A DNA stretch of 46,813 nucleotides from a virus (Duplodnaviria; Caudoviricetes), in IMG/VR virus record IMGVR_UViG_3300044711_000058, positions 1 through 46,813 of that record; one strand, written 5' to 3'. The position numbers and the translations under genes are program-made. Below are positions 8,278-17,347 of this stretch, one piece after another. A model generated the notes under the pieces. The model was not told where the DNA came from and did not search any database. It worked only from the letters and a program-made list of their open reading frames with translations. How positions within the stretch are numbered: position 1 is the first letter of the stretch; every line of letters starts with the position of its first letter.

Positions 8278-8541
8278 ATGAAGAACGCAAACGCGCTCCG
8301 CTCTCTCACCTACGGCATGGACGACGTCCAGCTCTGCAACGTGAAGGCGAACATCCAGTACCGGGCCGAGAATGGTCAGGCGCGGGCGATCGGGCGCCGC
8401 TCGGCCGTGCGTGTCGTGGTCGTGGATGCCTTGCAGCAGGAGCGCAGCTACGACTCGACCATGCCGCTCCCGAGTCCGGCGCAGATGGTAGAGCTGGCCG
8501 CGTTTGCTGCCGGTGTTGGGGTAGAGGAGGTGGGATCGTGA
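8278..8541 (+). CDS. Hypothetical early protein (cassette A gene 1)
   Basis: Follows promoter; last 82 bp duplicated in inverted form at window end. Confidence 0.7.
   Translation: MKNANALRSLTYGMDDVQLCNVKANIQYRAENGQARAIGRRSAVRVVVVDALQQERSYDSTMPLPSPAQMVELAAFAAGVGVEEVGS
8460..8541 (+). repeat. Inverted repeat copy 1 (82 bp)
   Basis: Exact reverse complement of 46732-46813. Confidence 0.97.
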
Positions 8542-8733
8542 GGCAATTCGCGGAAAGAGTGGCGCACCGCCGTAGAGTACCGCCTCAGCGAGCTTTACGA
8601 CCATCTGGCGCACTGCCCGCTCTGCTCCTCTGTCGTGGAAGGCGACTTCTGCACGGAGCGGCAAGCGAGGCGGGCCAAGCTGGAGGACGCCCTCGACAAG
8701 ATGGAGATCGCGCCGGCCGAGGAGAACACCTGA
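8538..8733 (+). pseudogene. Frameshifted or recoded CxxC protein (cassette A gene 2)
   Basis: Protein-like frame NSRKEWRTAVEYRLSELYDHLAHCPLC...CTERQARR is one base out of register with GTG 8538. Confidence 0.5.
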
Positions 8734-8734
8734 C

Positions 8735-9025
8735 ATGGCTTATCAGCACCACATTTGCCCCTTCTGCGAAACCTCATTCCCCGTCGCTGCTTCGGGGCGC
8801 TGGACGCACGAATGCAACCCGGGTGATGGTCTGCACGTGGTCGTGACGTGTGATGCGCCATGGACTGCCCCTTGGGGCCCAGAGCACCCCTACGCCAAGG
8901 ACATCTGCGACGAGTGTGGCGACTACAAGATCGACCATGCCGACAAGGGCGAGGGCCCATGCACGCTCGGGGCGAACTGCAACAAGCCTACCTGCATGCG
9001 CTTCAGAGAGGAGATGCCCTTCTGA
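8735..9025 (+). CDS. Zinc-finger protein (cassette A gene 3)
   Basis: GAGGAG RBS; CPFC, CDECG...H...C...C...CMRF. Confidence 0.7.
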   Translation: MAYQHHICPFCETSFPVAASGRWTHECNPGDGLHVVVTCDAPWTAPWGPEHPYAKDICDECGDYKIDHADKGEGPCTLGANCNKPTCMRFREEMPF

Positions 9026-9207
9026 TGGATCTGATGCTAAAGATCAAACGGGCGGCCGGGAAGCAGAAGGGCTTACTCCTCTCCCCTCAGGATGTGTCGG
9101 AGTTAGCGGAGGTGACTAGAGAACTCGCTCTGTTGGCGGAACAGGCTAGGGTGGAGAGACGGAGGAAGCAGTGGAGGGACTCTTCCTCTAAGGCGCGGAT
9201 AGGCTAA
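9025..9207 (+). CDS. Hypothetical protein (cassette A gene 4), paralog of 45951-46148
   Basis: IKRAAGKQKGLLLSPQDV...RELA...ARVERRRKQWR. Confidence 0.7.
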   Translation: MDLMLKIKRAAGKQKGLLLSPQDVSELAEVTRELALLAEQARVERRRKQWRDSSSKARIG

Positions 9208-9501
9208 TTAACGGGTTTCCATCAGGCTTTCCGGCATGTTCTCCACGAGCCACTTCGCCAAGAACTCCTCCCGCCGACTCTTGAACGTGTTGCACGCCTT
9301 CGGATGGACCAAGCCGCGCAGCAACTCGGCCAGTCCGACGCCCCACGACTCCGGTACCTTGACGATCGACGCTTCGTACAGCTCGCGGCACCGTTCGCAT
9401 CGCCCGTTGCCGAGGATGTCATAGCATGTGTGGCCGTCCTCTCGTGCTGCACGGACGCGCTGCATGAACGCCTCCAACTCAGCGTCGTCAACGAAACTCA
9501 T
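9208..9501 (-). CDS. Hypothetical protein
   Basis: GAGGAG RBS; HTC...CERC. Confidence 0.65.
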   Translation of the reverse strand: MSFVDDAELEAFMQRVRAAREDGHTCYDILGNGRCERCRELYEASIVKVPESWGVGLAELLRGLVHPKACNTFKSRREEFLAKWLVENMPESLMETR

Positions 9502-9527
9502 TCGGTACTCCTCAAAGGTGGGTTCTC

Positions 9528-9625
9528 AGCTACGGCAATGGTGCGCTACGGCATCGTCGCCACTTGCGTGACCGCCAGTTCCCGCCCGACACGAACGTGT
9601 CGGCCGATCGTCCATTACCGTAGCT
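9528..9625 (-). ncRNA. Putative ~100-nt multibranch structured RNA element
   Basis: 14-bp closing stem, internal GCAA-capped and GTTC-capped hairpins. Confidence 0.5.
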
Positions 9626-10215
9626 CAGACCTCCACTACGTCTATGCCTAACACTGCCTTCATCAACCGTTTCTTGGCGGTGAACAGCCGGTAAGCGACA
9701 TCCTTCGATGACTTCCGCCCCTTCACGTCCTCAACGATCATCGTTGCCGCACCCGGCAGGTCCAATCCGCGGATTGCCGCGTTGACCGAGCCATCGTTCT
9801 TAAAGTAAGCGAAGTCGGCGATGTATGCACAGATATCAACCCCGTTGACCTCTAAGTTGAACCGCTCGTGCGTCCGTAGATCACGGATCATCCCGCCGCG
9901 CTCCATCAGCTTCAACTCGGCGTACCTGTCCGCCTCTTTCTTCGATGCGAACTTGATTCCGTCTACTACAGTGGGCTCGTTGCGGTACTTCGGGGGCTTC
10001 GCGGTGGTGAACGCCATCTCGTCAGCCGCTGCCGGACTCGTTGCTCGATATTGATCGGTGATCCGGGCATACGCTGCCACCTTCGCGCAGTCGTCCTTCC
10101 CGCATGTCCAGTTCAGGCCGATCGGAGTAAACGGGTCTTTCGACTTCGACACGTCAACTTCCGACACACGTTTGCATCGGGAGCAGCGGACCTCCTGGAT
10201 TAGCTTTCGTGTCAC
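9625..10215 (-). CDS. DUF1064-family endonuclease with N-terminal zinc finger
   Basis: KYRNEPTVVDGIKFASKKEA...YIADFAY...VEDVKG. Confidence 0.85.
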   Translation of the reverse strand: MTRKLIQEVRCSRCKRVSEVDVSKSKDPFTPIGLNWTCGKDDCAKVAAYARITDQYRATSPAAADEMAFTTAKPPKYRNEPTVVDGIKFASKKEADRYAELKLMERGGMIRDLRTHERFNLEVNGVDICAYIADFAYFKNDGSVNAAIRGLDLPGAATMIVEDVKGRKSSKDVAYRLFTAKKRLMKAVLGIDVVEV

Positions 10216-10367
10216 GACACCTCTATCCACGCAGATCCGTCTTCTTCCCACACCTTGCGTTCTACCTCGAAATTGACAATGTTCGGGTTCACGTCGATGT
10301 AGCCGATTCCGTCAGAATCCAGCACGCCCGCTGATTCGATGGCCGCCTTAAACTCGCCCCACGTCAT
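10212..10367 (-). CDS. Hypothetical small protein
   Basis: AGGAGG RBS; MTWGEFKAAIESAGV. Confidence 0.6.
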   Translation of the reverse strand: MTWGEFKAAIESAGVLDSDGIGYIDVNPNIVNFEVERKVWEEDGSAWIEVS

Positions 10368-10457
10368 TTCCCGACCTCCTGTGTCAGCTTGCGCATCACG
10401 ATTTCCGAACACGTGTCATCATCACGAACCCTTCTCCATCTTGCCGCGTCACGAGTC

Positions 10458-10640
10458 TCATTTGCGATACAGCTCCACCTTCGGCTTCGCGCCGATCATC
10501 TCCGAAGCTCTCACCTCGATCTCGCACATCTTCAGGTGCCAGTCCCGTTCCCTTCCATCAAGGGCGGACTTTCGGACTCCTCGCATCAGTTGGGCGAGGT
10601 CGCGGATCAGAGTCAGGATCTCGTCATCACGCGTCGGCAA
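10458..10640 (-). CDS. Hypothetical protein
   Basis: GGAGGTG RBS, helical 60 aa. Confidence 0.55.
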   Translation of the reverse strand: MPTRDDEILTLIRDLAQLMRGVRKSALDGRERDWHLKMCEIEVRASEMIGAKPKVELYRK

Positions 10641-11064
10641 CGATCACCTCCGCATTCTTCGGGTCCCATCCGCCGAGAGAGTCGCCACCGTCAAGCGTGC
10701 ACGCGAAATCCTCGATGCGAAAGACACGAATCGCCGCGAGCCACGCGAACGGAGAGTACCGCGATCCATCTTCGCGGATGTGTGGCATCTTTTCCATCTG
10801 CTCCGAATCCAGCGCCGTGCCGCTGCCCCATGTGAAGATCGCGCGATGGCCGTCCTCGACGCGCTTCACCAGCTCGGCACGCAACTGATTCTGCGCCTCG
10901 TTCAGCGGGTCACCGACCGCCAGCACGTGGCCGATGTAGGGTTGATACTGGTAGTCATTGCTGAGTAGCGTCTCTCCGCCCGGAACCTTCTTTAAGCGGT
11001 CTACGATTCTCACGATCACGCGGCCCGGCATCGGGTCAAGCTGGGGTTGTTTCATGCGGTTCAT
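10627..11064 (-). CDS. GroES/Cpn10-like co-chaperonin
   Basis: LDPMPGRVIVRIV...GGETLL...PYIGHVLAVGD matches GroES N-terminal strands and mobile loop; AAGGAG RBS. Confidence 0.7.
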   Translation of the reverse strand: MNRMKQPQLDPMPGRVIVRIVDRLKKVPGGETLLSNDYQYQPYIGHVLAVGDPLNEAQNQLRAELVKRVEDGHRAIFTWGSGTALDSEQMEKMPHIREDGSRYSPFAWLAAIRVFRIEDFACTLDGGDSLGGWDPKNAEVIVADA

Positions 11065-11377
11065 CTCCTTCGCCGCGCGTCAGAAGGCGCGGCGCTTCAA
11101 GTCGGATGCATTCGGCGCCGATCTCAACGAGGAACTTCAGCGGATCGTCACGCAGCGCCTGCTCGATCCCCACACCAGCCTTGCCGAGTAGGATCTTTGC
11201 CGAATCATCGCCGAGCGTTGCCAGTTCACTCATGGGGATTGCAATCTCCGCCGCGAGCCTAACCGACCCGCGAATCACGAGCTGCGACCTCTCCGGCTCC
11301 GCGTATTGACTGAATGTGATGTGGCGATCCGAAAGCACTCTTACCTCTCCGCCGCTTTCCGCCGAAACGTCGCCCAT
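11036..11377 (-). CDS. Hypothetical protein
   Basis: AAGGAG RBS, 113 aa. Confidence 0.65.
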   Translation of the reverse strand: MGDVSAESGGEVRVLSDRHITFSQYAEPERSQLVIRGSVRLAAEIAIPMSELATLGDDSAKILLGKAGVGIEQALRDDPLKFLVEIGAECIRLEAPRLLTRGEGDEPHETTPA

Positions 11378-11511
11378 GAAGTCTCCTTCTTTCCCGAGCC
11401 GTGACGCTCAAACCGTCGCTTGCATCGCTTGCACAGGTTCAAAGTGCCGTGCCAGCGCTCGGCCTTTCGTCTGCAAATGTCATCGGGGTTCTGGCATGTT
11501 GCCGCGCTCAT
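11341..11511 (-). CDS. Small zinc-finger protein (not in ORF track)
   Basis: MSAATCQNPDDICRRK...LCKRCKRRFERHG; directly behind a promoter. Confidence 0.55.
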   Translation of the reverse strand: MSAATCQNPDDICRRKAERWHGTLNLCKRCKRRFERHGSGKKETSWATFRRKAAER

Positions 11512-11519
11512 GAGTCACG

Positions 11520-11636
11520 AGAATATCAGCGCCTTCGCCCGATTGCAACCCGTACCGGAACATTCCGAGACGTACCGGAACGTTCCGGCCTATCTAGCCT
11601 CGCCACCTTGACCGTCCTACGTCCGCCCCTCACCCT
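11520..11636. promoter_or_regulatory. Divergent promoter region with twin palindromic operators
   Basis: - strand TTGCAA-17-TATTCT with TG; + strand TTGACC-17-CACCCT; CGTACCGGAAC(A/G)TTCCG x2 between them. Confidence 0.6.
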
Positions 11637-11644
11637 AACTCTCA

Positions 11645-12217
11645 ATGGTCGCAAGGGTTCAATCGGCCGACGACATCGACATCCAGATAGCCATCTATGG
11701 CGCGCTGGGCCTCCCCGTCGATGCCGTCGCCGAGCGTGTGAAGCTAACGCCTGAACAGGTGCAGGAGCGCCGCTCTGGACCGAAGGCAAGCCGCATTGAT
11801 GCAATCGCTGCATGGACCAAGGACGCCATTCACGAACGTCTCGACGTCGAGATTGCATCGGTAGACGTGAAGCGGCGCATCAACGAGATGTCCTACCAGC
11901 TGATCGAAAAGGGCCTCGCCGCTGCGCTCGATGGTGTTGATATCCCGTGCATGGAATGCGGCAGGAAACCGTTCATTACCACCGCGCAACTCACCGCCGC
12001 GAAAGAAGGGCTCGACCGCACCGAGGGCAAGGCGCTCGATCGCAAATCGATCCTCCAGCAGCACACGGGCAAGGTGGAGCATCAGTGGCGCGTCGAAGAT
12101 GAGGATCTGCGCTCGTTGCTCGACGGCATCGCCCATCAAAACGCTCTCTTCGAACGCTTTGCTGCTGCGAGGCGCGCCAACACGGAACCGGATGAACCTC
12201 AAGAACCGACTAACTGA
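11645..12217 (+). CDS. Terminase small subunit (putative)
   Basis: N-terminal HTH-like segment, AKEGLDRTEGKA motif, immediately upstream of large terminase. Confidence 0.7.
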   Translation: MVARVQSADDIDIQIAIYGALGLPVDAVAERVKLTPEQVQERRSGPKASRIDAIAAWTKDAIHERLDVEIASVDVKRRINEMSYQLIEKGLAAALDGVDIPCMECGRKPFITTAQLTAAKEGLDRTEGKALDRKSILQQHTGKVEHQWRVEDEDLRSLLDGIAHQNALFERFAAARRANTEPDEPQEPTN

Positions 12218-14105
12218 GCAGCGAGACGCATCGGATGCGCTCGACTCGCGCGACCGTCGTCTCTCACTCTCGACGACGCAGGCGGAGAATCTGCGCGCCG
12301 CACTTCTCTCGGATTCATACCTCTTCGCCAAGAAAATCTGCGGCCACGAAGACCTCATTGATGAATACCACATGGTCCTCTCGTACGCAGTGTGCGGCCT
12401 CTTCGATCGGCTGATCGAAGTGCTCGACGCGGACGGCTTCAACTCGTACGTGCTTGATCAGTTTCGCGATGGCCTGCGCCAACGCATCGGCGATTGGCAC
12501 GGCGCAGCTGGCCGAGCCAGACTCGAAGATGCGCTGTCCTGGCAGAATCATCGATGGTCGCGCGCTACGTTCAAGTCTTCTGATATCACGCACGCGGGCG
12601 CCACGTTCATCGCGACCGTCAATCCAAACCGGACGATCAAAATCACGCACGCGGTTGACCCGAAGGCATGGGCTTTCTGCGAACAGATCGGGAACACAGT
12701 CAAGTCGGGCCGTTACCGTGATCTCTTCCCTGATCGAATCCCGGCAAATGAAGTACGCGATATCACCATCAAAGCCATCAACCTCGGCGGGCGCACGATC
12801 TCCCACCCCCAGAAAACGATCAACGCAGCGGGGTACAAATCAAAAGAAGAGGCGGCACACTTCGACACCTTCTTCACCGACGATCTCGTAAACGAGGGCA
12901 ACTCTTCACCGCAAGAGTTGAGCGGCGTCCGGCGTTGGCTCTCTGGTTTGTCCGGCATGTTCATGCCGACGAAAAATATCTGGCGTATCGAAGTCGGAAC
13001 CAAGCACGACGAAGAAGATGATGATGAGTGGCTGACACATGGCGCACGCGCCGATACCGTTTTCACCACGCGCGTTCCGATCGAAGTCCACGATGGGCCG
13101 ATCAAGAATCTCCTGAAGCGCGGCCGTCCGACGCTTCCGCTGCTGTTCGATGAAAAGAAAATCACGAAGCTTCAACGGCACGTTCTTGCCGATGAGAACG
13201 AGGTAGACGGCGCGCAGTCGTGGCGCTGCAACTACCTTCTCAACCCGTCAGCCGGCGGCGGCCGACTCTTCCCGCCCTCACTCATCGATAACCCAGATCA
13301 CTGGTGGCTCGGTCCCTTCGAACATCCGCGTAAGGGGATGCGCGAGATCGATCACTACCTCGTTGCCCGCTTCAAGCGAGACGAAGAAGGGAATCCGGTT
13401 CCGAGGAGCGGACGCGTCATCTTCGATGCTGATGGAGAACTGCTTCCTGACTGGCGCGCGAACGCGCTCCGTCTCGTCTTCGACCCGTGGGTTGATCTCG
13501 ATCGCGTCGGCCTCGTAGATCCGGCTTTCGCGAGCCGCACAGACGCGGAGATCACGAAAGACCCAGACAACTGGGCGGTATCTGCTGTCGCGACCGACCA
13601 CGAAACTGTCGGCCTTCAGCTCGAAACGCAGGCCGATCGAACCGGTATCGAAGGATGGATCTCGGCGCTCGCAGAGATGGACAGCTTCTATCACTTCCGC
13701 ATCATCGCGTTCGACGGCACGGCATGGCAGGACACGCTAGTCCAGAACCTCATGAAGACCGATCCGCGTCTCCGCAAGCTCCGCAGGCGCATGGTGCCCG
13801 TGAAGGCGCGCAACGTTCAGAAGGCCGCACGCATGCGTGCCGGCCTCCTCGAACCGCTTCTCCGCTATCAGTTCCTCCTCAGGCCCGACGCGGCCGGACT
13901 CGCCACGCGAACCGAGTTGAAGAACATCCGCGGCCTCGATAACGACACAGACGGAATCGCTGATTCACTCTCGATGCATCGCGCGGTCAACAAGCCGAGC
14001 CAGAGCAAGGCTCAGCGGAAACGCGCTGAAGAAGAGGCGATCCTTAACGCCGTCGCGAAGAACCGCAGCATCAATCCGTACCTCGGGGTGCCAACCGCCG
14101 CATGA
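12192..14105 (+). CDS. Terminase large subunit
   Basis: Walker A-like SRATFKSS, Walker B-like HFDTFFTDDL, GT coupling motif, nuclease VDPA and terminal DGIADS. Confidence 0.88.
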   Translation: MNLKNRLTEQRDASDALDSRDRRLSLSTTQAENLRAALLSDSYLFAKKICGHEDLIDEYHMVLSYAVCGLFDRLIEVLDADGFNSYVLDQFRDGLRQRIGDWHGAAGRARLEDALSWQNHRWSRATFKSSDITHAGATFIATVNPNRTIKITHAVDPKAWAFCEQIGNTVKSGRYRDLFPDRIPANEVRDITIKAINLGGRTISHPQKTINAAGYKSKEEAAHFDTFFTDDLVNEGNSSPQELSGVRRWLSGLSGMFMPTKNIWRIEVGTKHDEEDDDEWLTHGARADTVFTTRVPIEVHDGPIKNLLKRGRPTLPLLFDEKKITKLQRHVLADENEVDGAQSWRCNYLLNPSAGGGRLFPPSLIDNPDHWWLGPFEHPRKGMREIDHYLVARFKRDEEGNPVPRSGRVIFDADGELLPDWRANALRLVFDPWVDLDRVGLVDPAFASRTDAEITKDPDNWAVSAVATDHETVGLQLETQADRTGIEGWISALAEMDSFYHFRIIAFDGTAWQDTLVQNLMKTDPRLRKLRRRMVPVKARNVQKAARMRAGLLEPLLRYQFLLRPDAAGLATRTELKNIRGLDNDTDGIADSLSMHRAVNKPSQSKAQRKRAEEEAILNAVAKNRSINPYLGVPTAA

Positions 14106-16285
14106 ACGACGACATGGCCCGCTTTGACATGATCCTCGGCGCCGAGATGGATTCGATCAAAGTCGAGCAGGATGCTGACGGTCACATGCGCGTCCTTCTG
14201 GAAGGCGCGCAGCTCGAAGCGGTCAACTCGTACCTCACCGACGAACTCACGCGGGCCTACGACGAGCACGCGCCGATGTGGCTGAACGCCGTCGAGAACA
14301 TCGAGACCTACAAGGCGATCCAGAAGCAGATCAAGGGCAGCGGCCCAGCGATGTACCCGGCACCGCTCGCGCGCATCCCGGCGGATCAGGTCATCGCCTC
14401 AACCTACAACTCCGCGATGCGCCCGCGCCCGATCATGTCGATCGATGCCTACCTCAACGCGACCTATGAAGTCCCTGGCGAGGAGACCGTTGGCATGGGC
14501 GCGAGACCCGGCCAGCCGATCCCAACGCAGCCGATCACGGCCGAGGAGATCGGGAAGACGCTTCGCCAAGGTTACGAGTTCATCGCCCGCGAGCGGATTC
14601 AGATCGGCGCAAAACTCCTAAAGGCCATCGGCAACGCGGTCAAGGGTTGCCCGAGCTATTGGAAAGTTGTCATCAACCCCGAGCAGGCGACGAAGCTCAC
14701 CGCGAAGACCTCGAATGGAGCGGTGGACACGGGCGAGCAGTACGAATCCACACGCATGCGCGGCGACATCGTCGGGCACTACCTCGTGCCGTACTTCAAC
14801 TGCATGCGCCCCATCGATCAGGATGACGTGCAAACCGCCGATTGGTTCGCAGAGCGCGAGACGAAGAATCGACCCGACGACATTCTGAAAGAGTACGTAG
14901 CGAAGAAACTCTTCCTCATCAAGGACGACGCCGAGGCGAAGCAGCTCGCTGCCAGCAACGTGGACATCTACGACCCATATCGAGAACGTCTGGCCGCGAC
15001 AACGGAGAAGAAGGGCGAGGCGCAGAAGCCGACGCAAGTCTGCGACCGCTGGTTAGTCTGGTTCTACTGGACGACGAACTTCGCGAATCCGCTAACCGGA
15101 GAAAAGGGCGTCAAGAAACTGAACTGCGTCGGCTCCTTCCATCGAACGAGCGGAAAGCTCATGAATTGCTTCCTCAACGGCTACGAGCATCAGGAGCGGC
15201 CGTATGAGCTGTTCGATCAGTTCGACGACGGCGGGTCAACCGTCGAGAACATGCGATACCACCAGAACGTGTTCACGCACACGATTCAGGCGGAGATCAA
15301 AAACGCCTTCATCTCGAACAACGTGGCGATCTGGTACGACCCGGAAAACGCGCGGCTAACCGCGTGGTTCGAGGCGAATCCGACGATCGGTCCGCTCGAC
15401 AAGATCCCCGGCGAGCTGGGTGAAGACTGGGGCACCGTCGTCATGGGCGAGCAGCACGACTCTATGCTTGAACTGCTCCGCTTCATCCTCTCAATGTCGC
15501 AGCTCGACTCCAAGCAAAACAAGTACAGCTCAGGCGATCCGGGAGGACGCACGCCAGCCAACACCATGGCCATGGCAATCGAGCAGGCCGGGCAAGAGCC
15601 GCATCTCTTTCTGCATCGAATCTCGATGAAGCTCTCCCGCATCTTCCGGCTCGACATGGAGACACGTCGGCAGTTCCAGCCCCTCGGCGAGACGCTGCCG
15701 ATCTGGAACGGCAAAGAGAAAACGCAGATCCCGTTCCGCTTCCCGGTCGGTGATGTGCTGGACAACTTCCGCATCGCCCTGACGGCCTCTGATGAAGCAC
15801 TGGCGCGCGAGCAGGACCAACAGAACGTCATGATGCTGAAAAAGGCGCTGATGGACGACGGCGAGTACGTCGCCAAAGTCCTCGGCTCCATCATGAACCT
15901 TCAGACGCCGCTGCCGCCCGAGGGTGTCGCCGCCTTCGCCAAGATCATCAAGCGCGACCAGAAGGCTTTGATGGATCTCCTTGGCAACGTGACAACGGAC
16001 GTCGATCAGTACGACCTCACGGCTGAAGTAGATGCGCTGCTCGACGCGCGCAACAGACAACTCGAAGCGCAACAGGCCATGCAACTCGAAGTGCAGCACG
16101 CCAGAGCAGCAGGAGGAATGAATGCTCAGATGTCGCCTGCCGGACCCGGAGCAGCTATTCAAGGACCGGGCGGAGCCGGTGGAGGTGGAGGCGGTCCGCA
16201 ACCTGGAGGACAACCCGGCGTTCCGCCGGCTCCTCCTCAACCTCCAGCACAAGGCGGCCAAGCTGTCGGAGTCCCCATACAGTGA
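14102..16285 (+). CDS. Portal protein (P22-like, long low-complexity C-terminus)
   Basis: 727 aa after terminase; SGDPGGRTPA motif; Q/P/G-rich tail. Confidence 0.8.
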   Translation: MNDDMARFDMILGAEMDSIKVEQDADGHMRVLLEGAQLEAVNSYLTDELTRAYDEHAPMWLNAVENIETYKAIQKQIKGSGPAMYPAPLARIPADQVIASTYNSAMRPRPIMSIDAYLNATYEVPGEETVGMGARPGQPIPTQPITAEEIGKTLRQGYEFIARERIQIGAKLLKAIGNAVKGCPSYWKVVINPEQATKLTAKTSNGAVDTGEQYESTRMRGDIVGHYLVPYFNCMRPIDQDDVQTADWFAERETKNRPDDILKEYVAKKLFLIKDDAEAKQLAASNVDIYDPYRERLAATTEKKGEAQKPTQVCDRWLVWFYWTTNFANPLTGEKGVKKLNCVGSFHRTSGKLMNCFLNGYEHQERPYELFDQFDDGGSTVENMRYHQNVFTHTIQAEIKNAFISNNVAIWYDPENARLTAWFEANPTIGPLDKIPGELGEDWGTVVMGEQHDSMLELLRFILSMSQLDSKQNKYSSGDPGGRTPANTMAMAIEQAGQEPHLFLHRISMKLSRIFRLDMETRRQFQPLGETLPIWNGKEKTQIPFRFPVGDVLDNFRIALTASDEALAREQDQQNVMMLKKALMDDGEYVAKVLGSIMNLQTPLPPEGVAAFAKIIKRDQKALMDLLGNVTTDVDQYDLTAEVDALLDARNRQLEAQQAMQLEVQHARAAGGMNAQMSPAGPGAAIQGPGGAGGGGGGPQPGGQPGVPPAPPQPPAQGGQAVGVPIQ

Positions 16286-16400
16286 AAAGGTTACCGACAA
16301 AACGCCCGCCGTTTACGTCGCAATTGGCGCACGCCTAATGCTGAAAGAAATCGACGATCAATTAACCGTCATGAGAAAGACAACCGATGAGCAAGCGTAA
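16122..16400 (+). CDS. Small helical protein overlapping portal 3' end
   Basis: AGGAGG RBS; LEDNPAFRRLLLNL...AIGARLML reads as folded protein; typical position between portal and scaffold. Confidence 0.65.
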   Translation: MLRCRLPDPEQLFKDRAEPVEVEAVRNLEDNPAFRRLLLNLQHKAAKLSESPYSEKVTDKTPAVYVAIGARLMLKEIDDQLTVMRKTTDEQA

Positions 16401-17346
16401 AGTCCTCGACGCAGAAGGCAAGGAAATCGACGCGGCGACGAATCTGGAAGCGTTCCTTCAAGGCATCCCGCAATCCGAACTCGACGAGGTGGGCGCGGCT
16501 CCTTCGTGGGAAAACGTTACGTTCGAGGTGGACGATCCCGACCTCAAGGGCAAGAGCGGGAAAGACGTCCCCGCCCTGTTCGATCAGGTACGCGCCAAGG
16601 CCAAACAAGAAGAAGAGCGGGCCGCCAATCTCGAAAGGCAGCTGGCGCAAGAGCGTCAGAAGTCCGAGACGGAAGCAATCACGCGGCGCGTAATTCAAGA
16701 GCAGCAGGCCAAGCCACCCGAGCCCGAAATTCCGGCCGAAGATCCCCGGCAAGCCAAGATCGACGAACTGTGGTTCACCGATCCGCCGGAGGCACGCCGA
16801 CTTCTCCGCGAGATGAACGACGAAAGTGCCGAGGCAAAGGCGGACGCAAAGGCTAAGGAAGTGGAAGCGAAAATTATGCGCGCGCTCGACGATAAAGAGA
16901 AGCGCAAAAATGCCTTCAACTCTTTCGGCGCCGCGCACAATCATCTCCTCGCCGAGGGTCTGGAGCTCGACCAATTGAAGGCCGCGGCGGTCCTCCAGCT
17001 GGTAGGTAATCCCGCCTATCCGTATTTCAACAATGGCGGCCTGTATAAAGCGGAAAACCTCATCCACGCCGCGCATACGCTGTTCGGCAGGCCAGCCGCC
17101 CCAGCGCAGGCCGTGACGCAGGCGCAGGCCGCCCCGCCTGTCGTATCGCAACCGGCCGCGCCGATCGTGGTCCCGCCGGGCAGCTCGAAGCCGGCTCCAG
17201 CGGCAGCGCCCGCACGAAAACCAGCGCAGGATATCGATCCACGCATGAAGCGCGATTACGAACACATGGCAGAAAACCACGGTCTTGACCCAGCAAAACT
17301 ACTGGCACGCCGCGCCGCAAGACTTCAGAGAGAAGGGGACCACTAG
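16387..17346 (+). CDS. Capsid scaffolding protein
   Basis: Coiled-coil, A/P-rich linker, short C-terminal helix pair; between portal and capsid. Confidence 0.7.
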   Translation: MSKRKVLDAEGKEIDAATNLEAFLQGIPQSELDEVGAAPSWENVTFEVDDPDLKGKSGKDVPALFDQVRAKAKQEEERAANLERQLAQERQKSETEAITRRVIQEQQAKPPEPEIPAEDPRQAKIDELWFTDPPEARRLLREMNDESAEAKADAKAKEVEAKIMRALDDKEKRKNAFNSFGAAHNHLLAEGLELDQLKAAAVLQLVGNPAYPYFNNGGLYKAENLIHAAHTLFGRPAAPAQAVTQAQAAPPVVSQPAAPIVVPPGSSKPAPAAAPARKPAQDIDPRMKRDYEHMAENHGLDPAKLLARRAARLQREGDH

Positions 17347-17347
17347 C

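Noticed and set aside
11931-12191. N-terminal extension of large terminase in ORF track
   Set aside because: Overlaps small terminase in a shadow frame; ATG 12192 fits better
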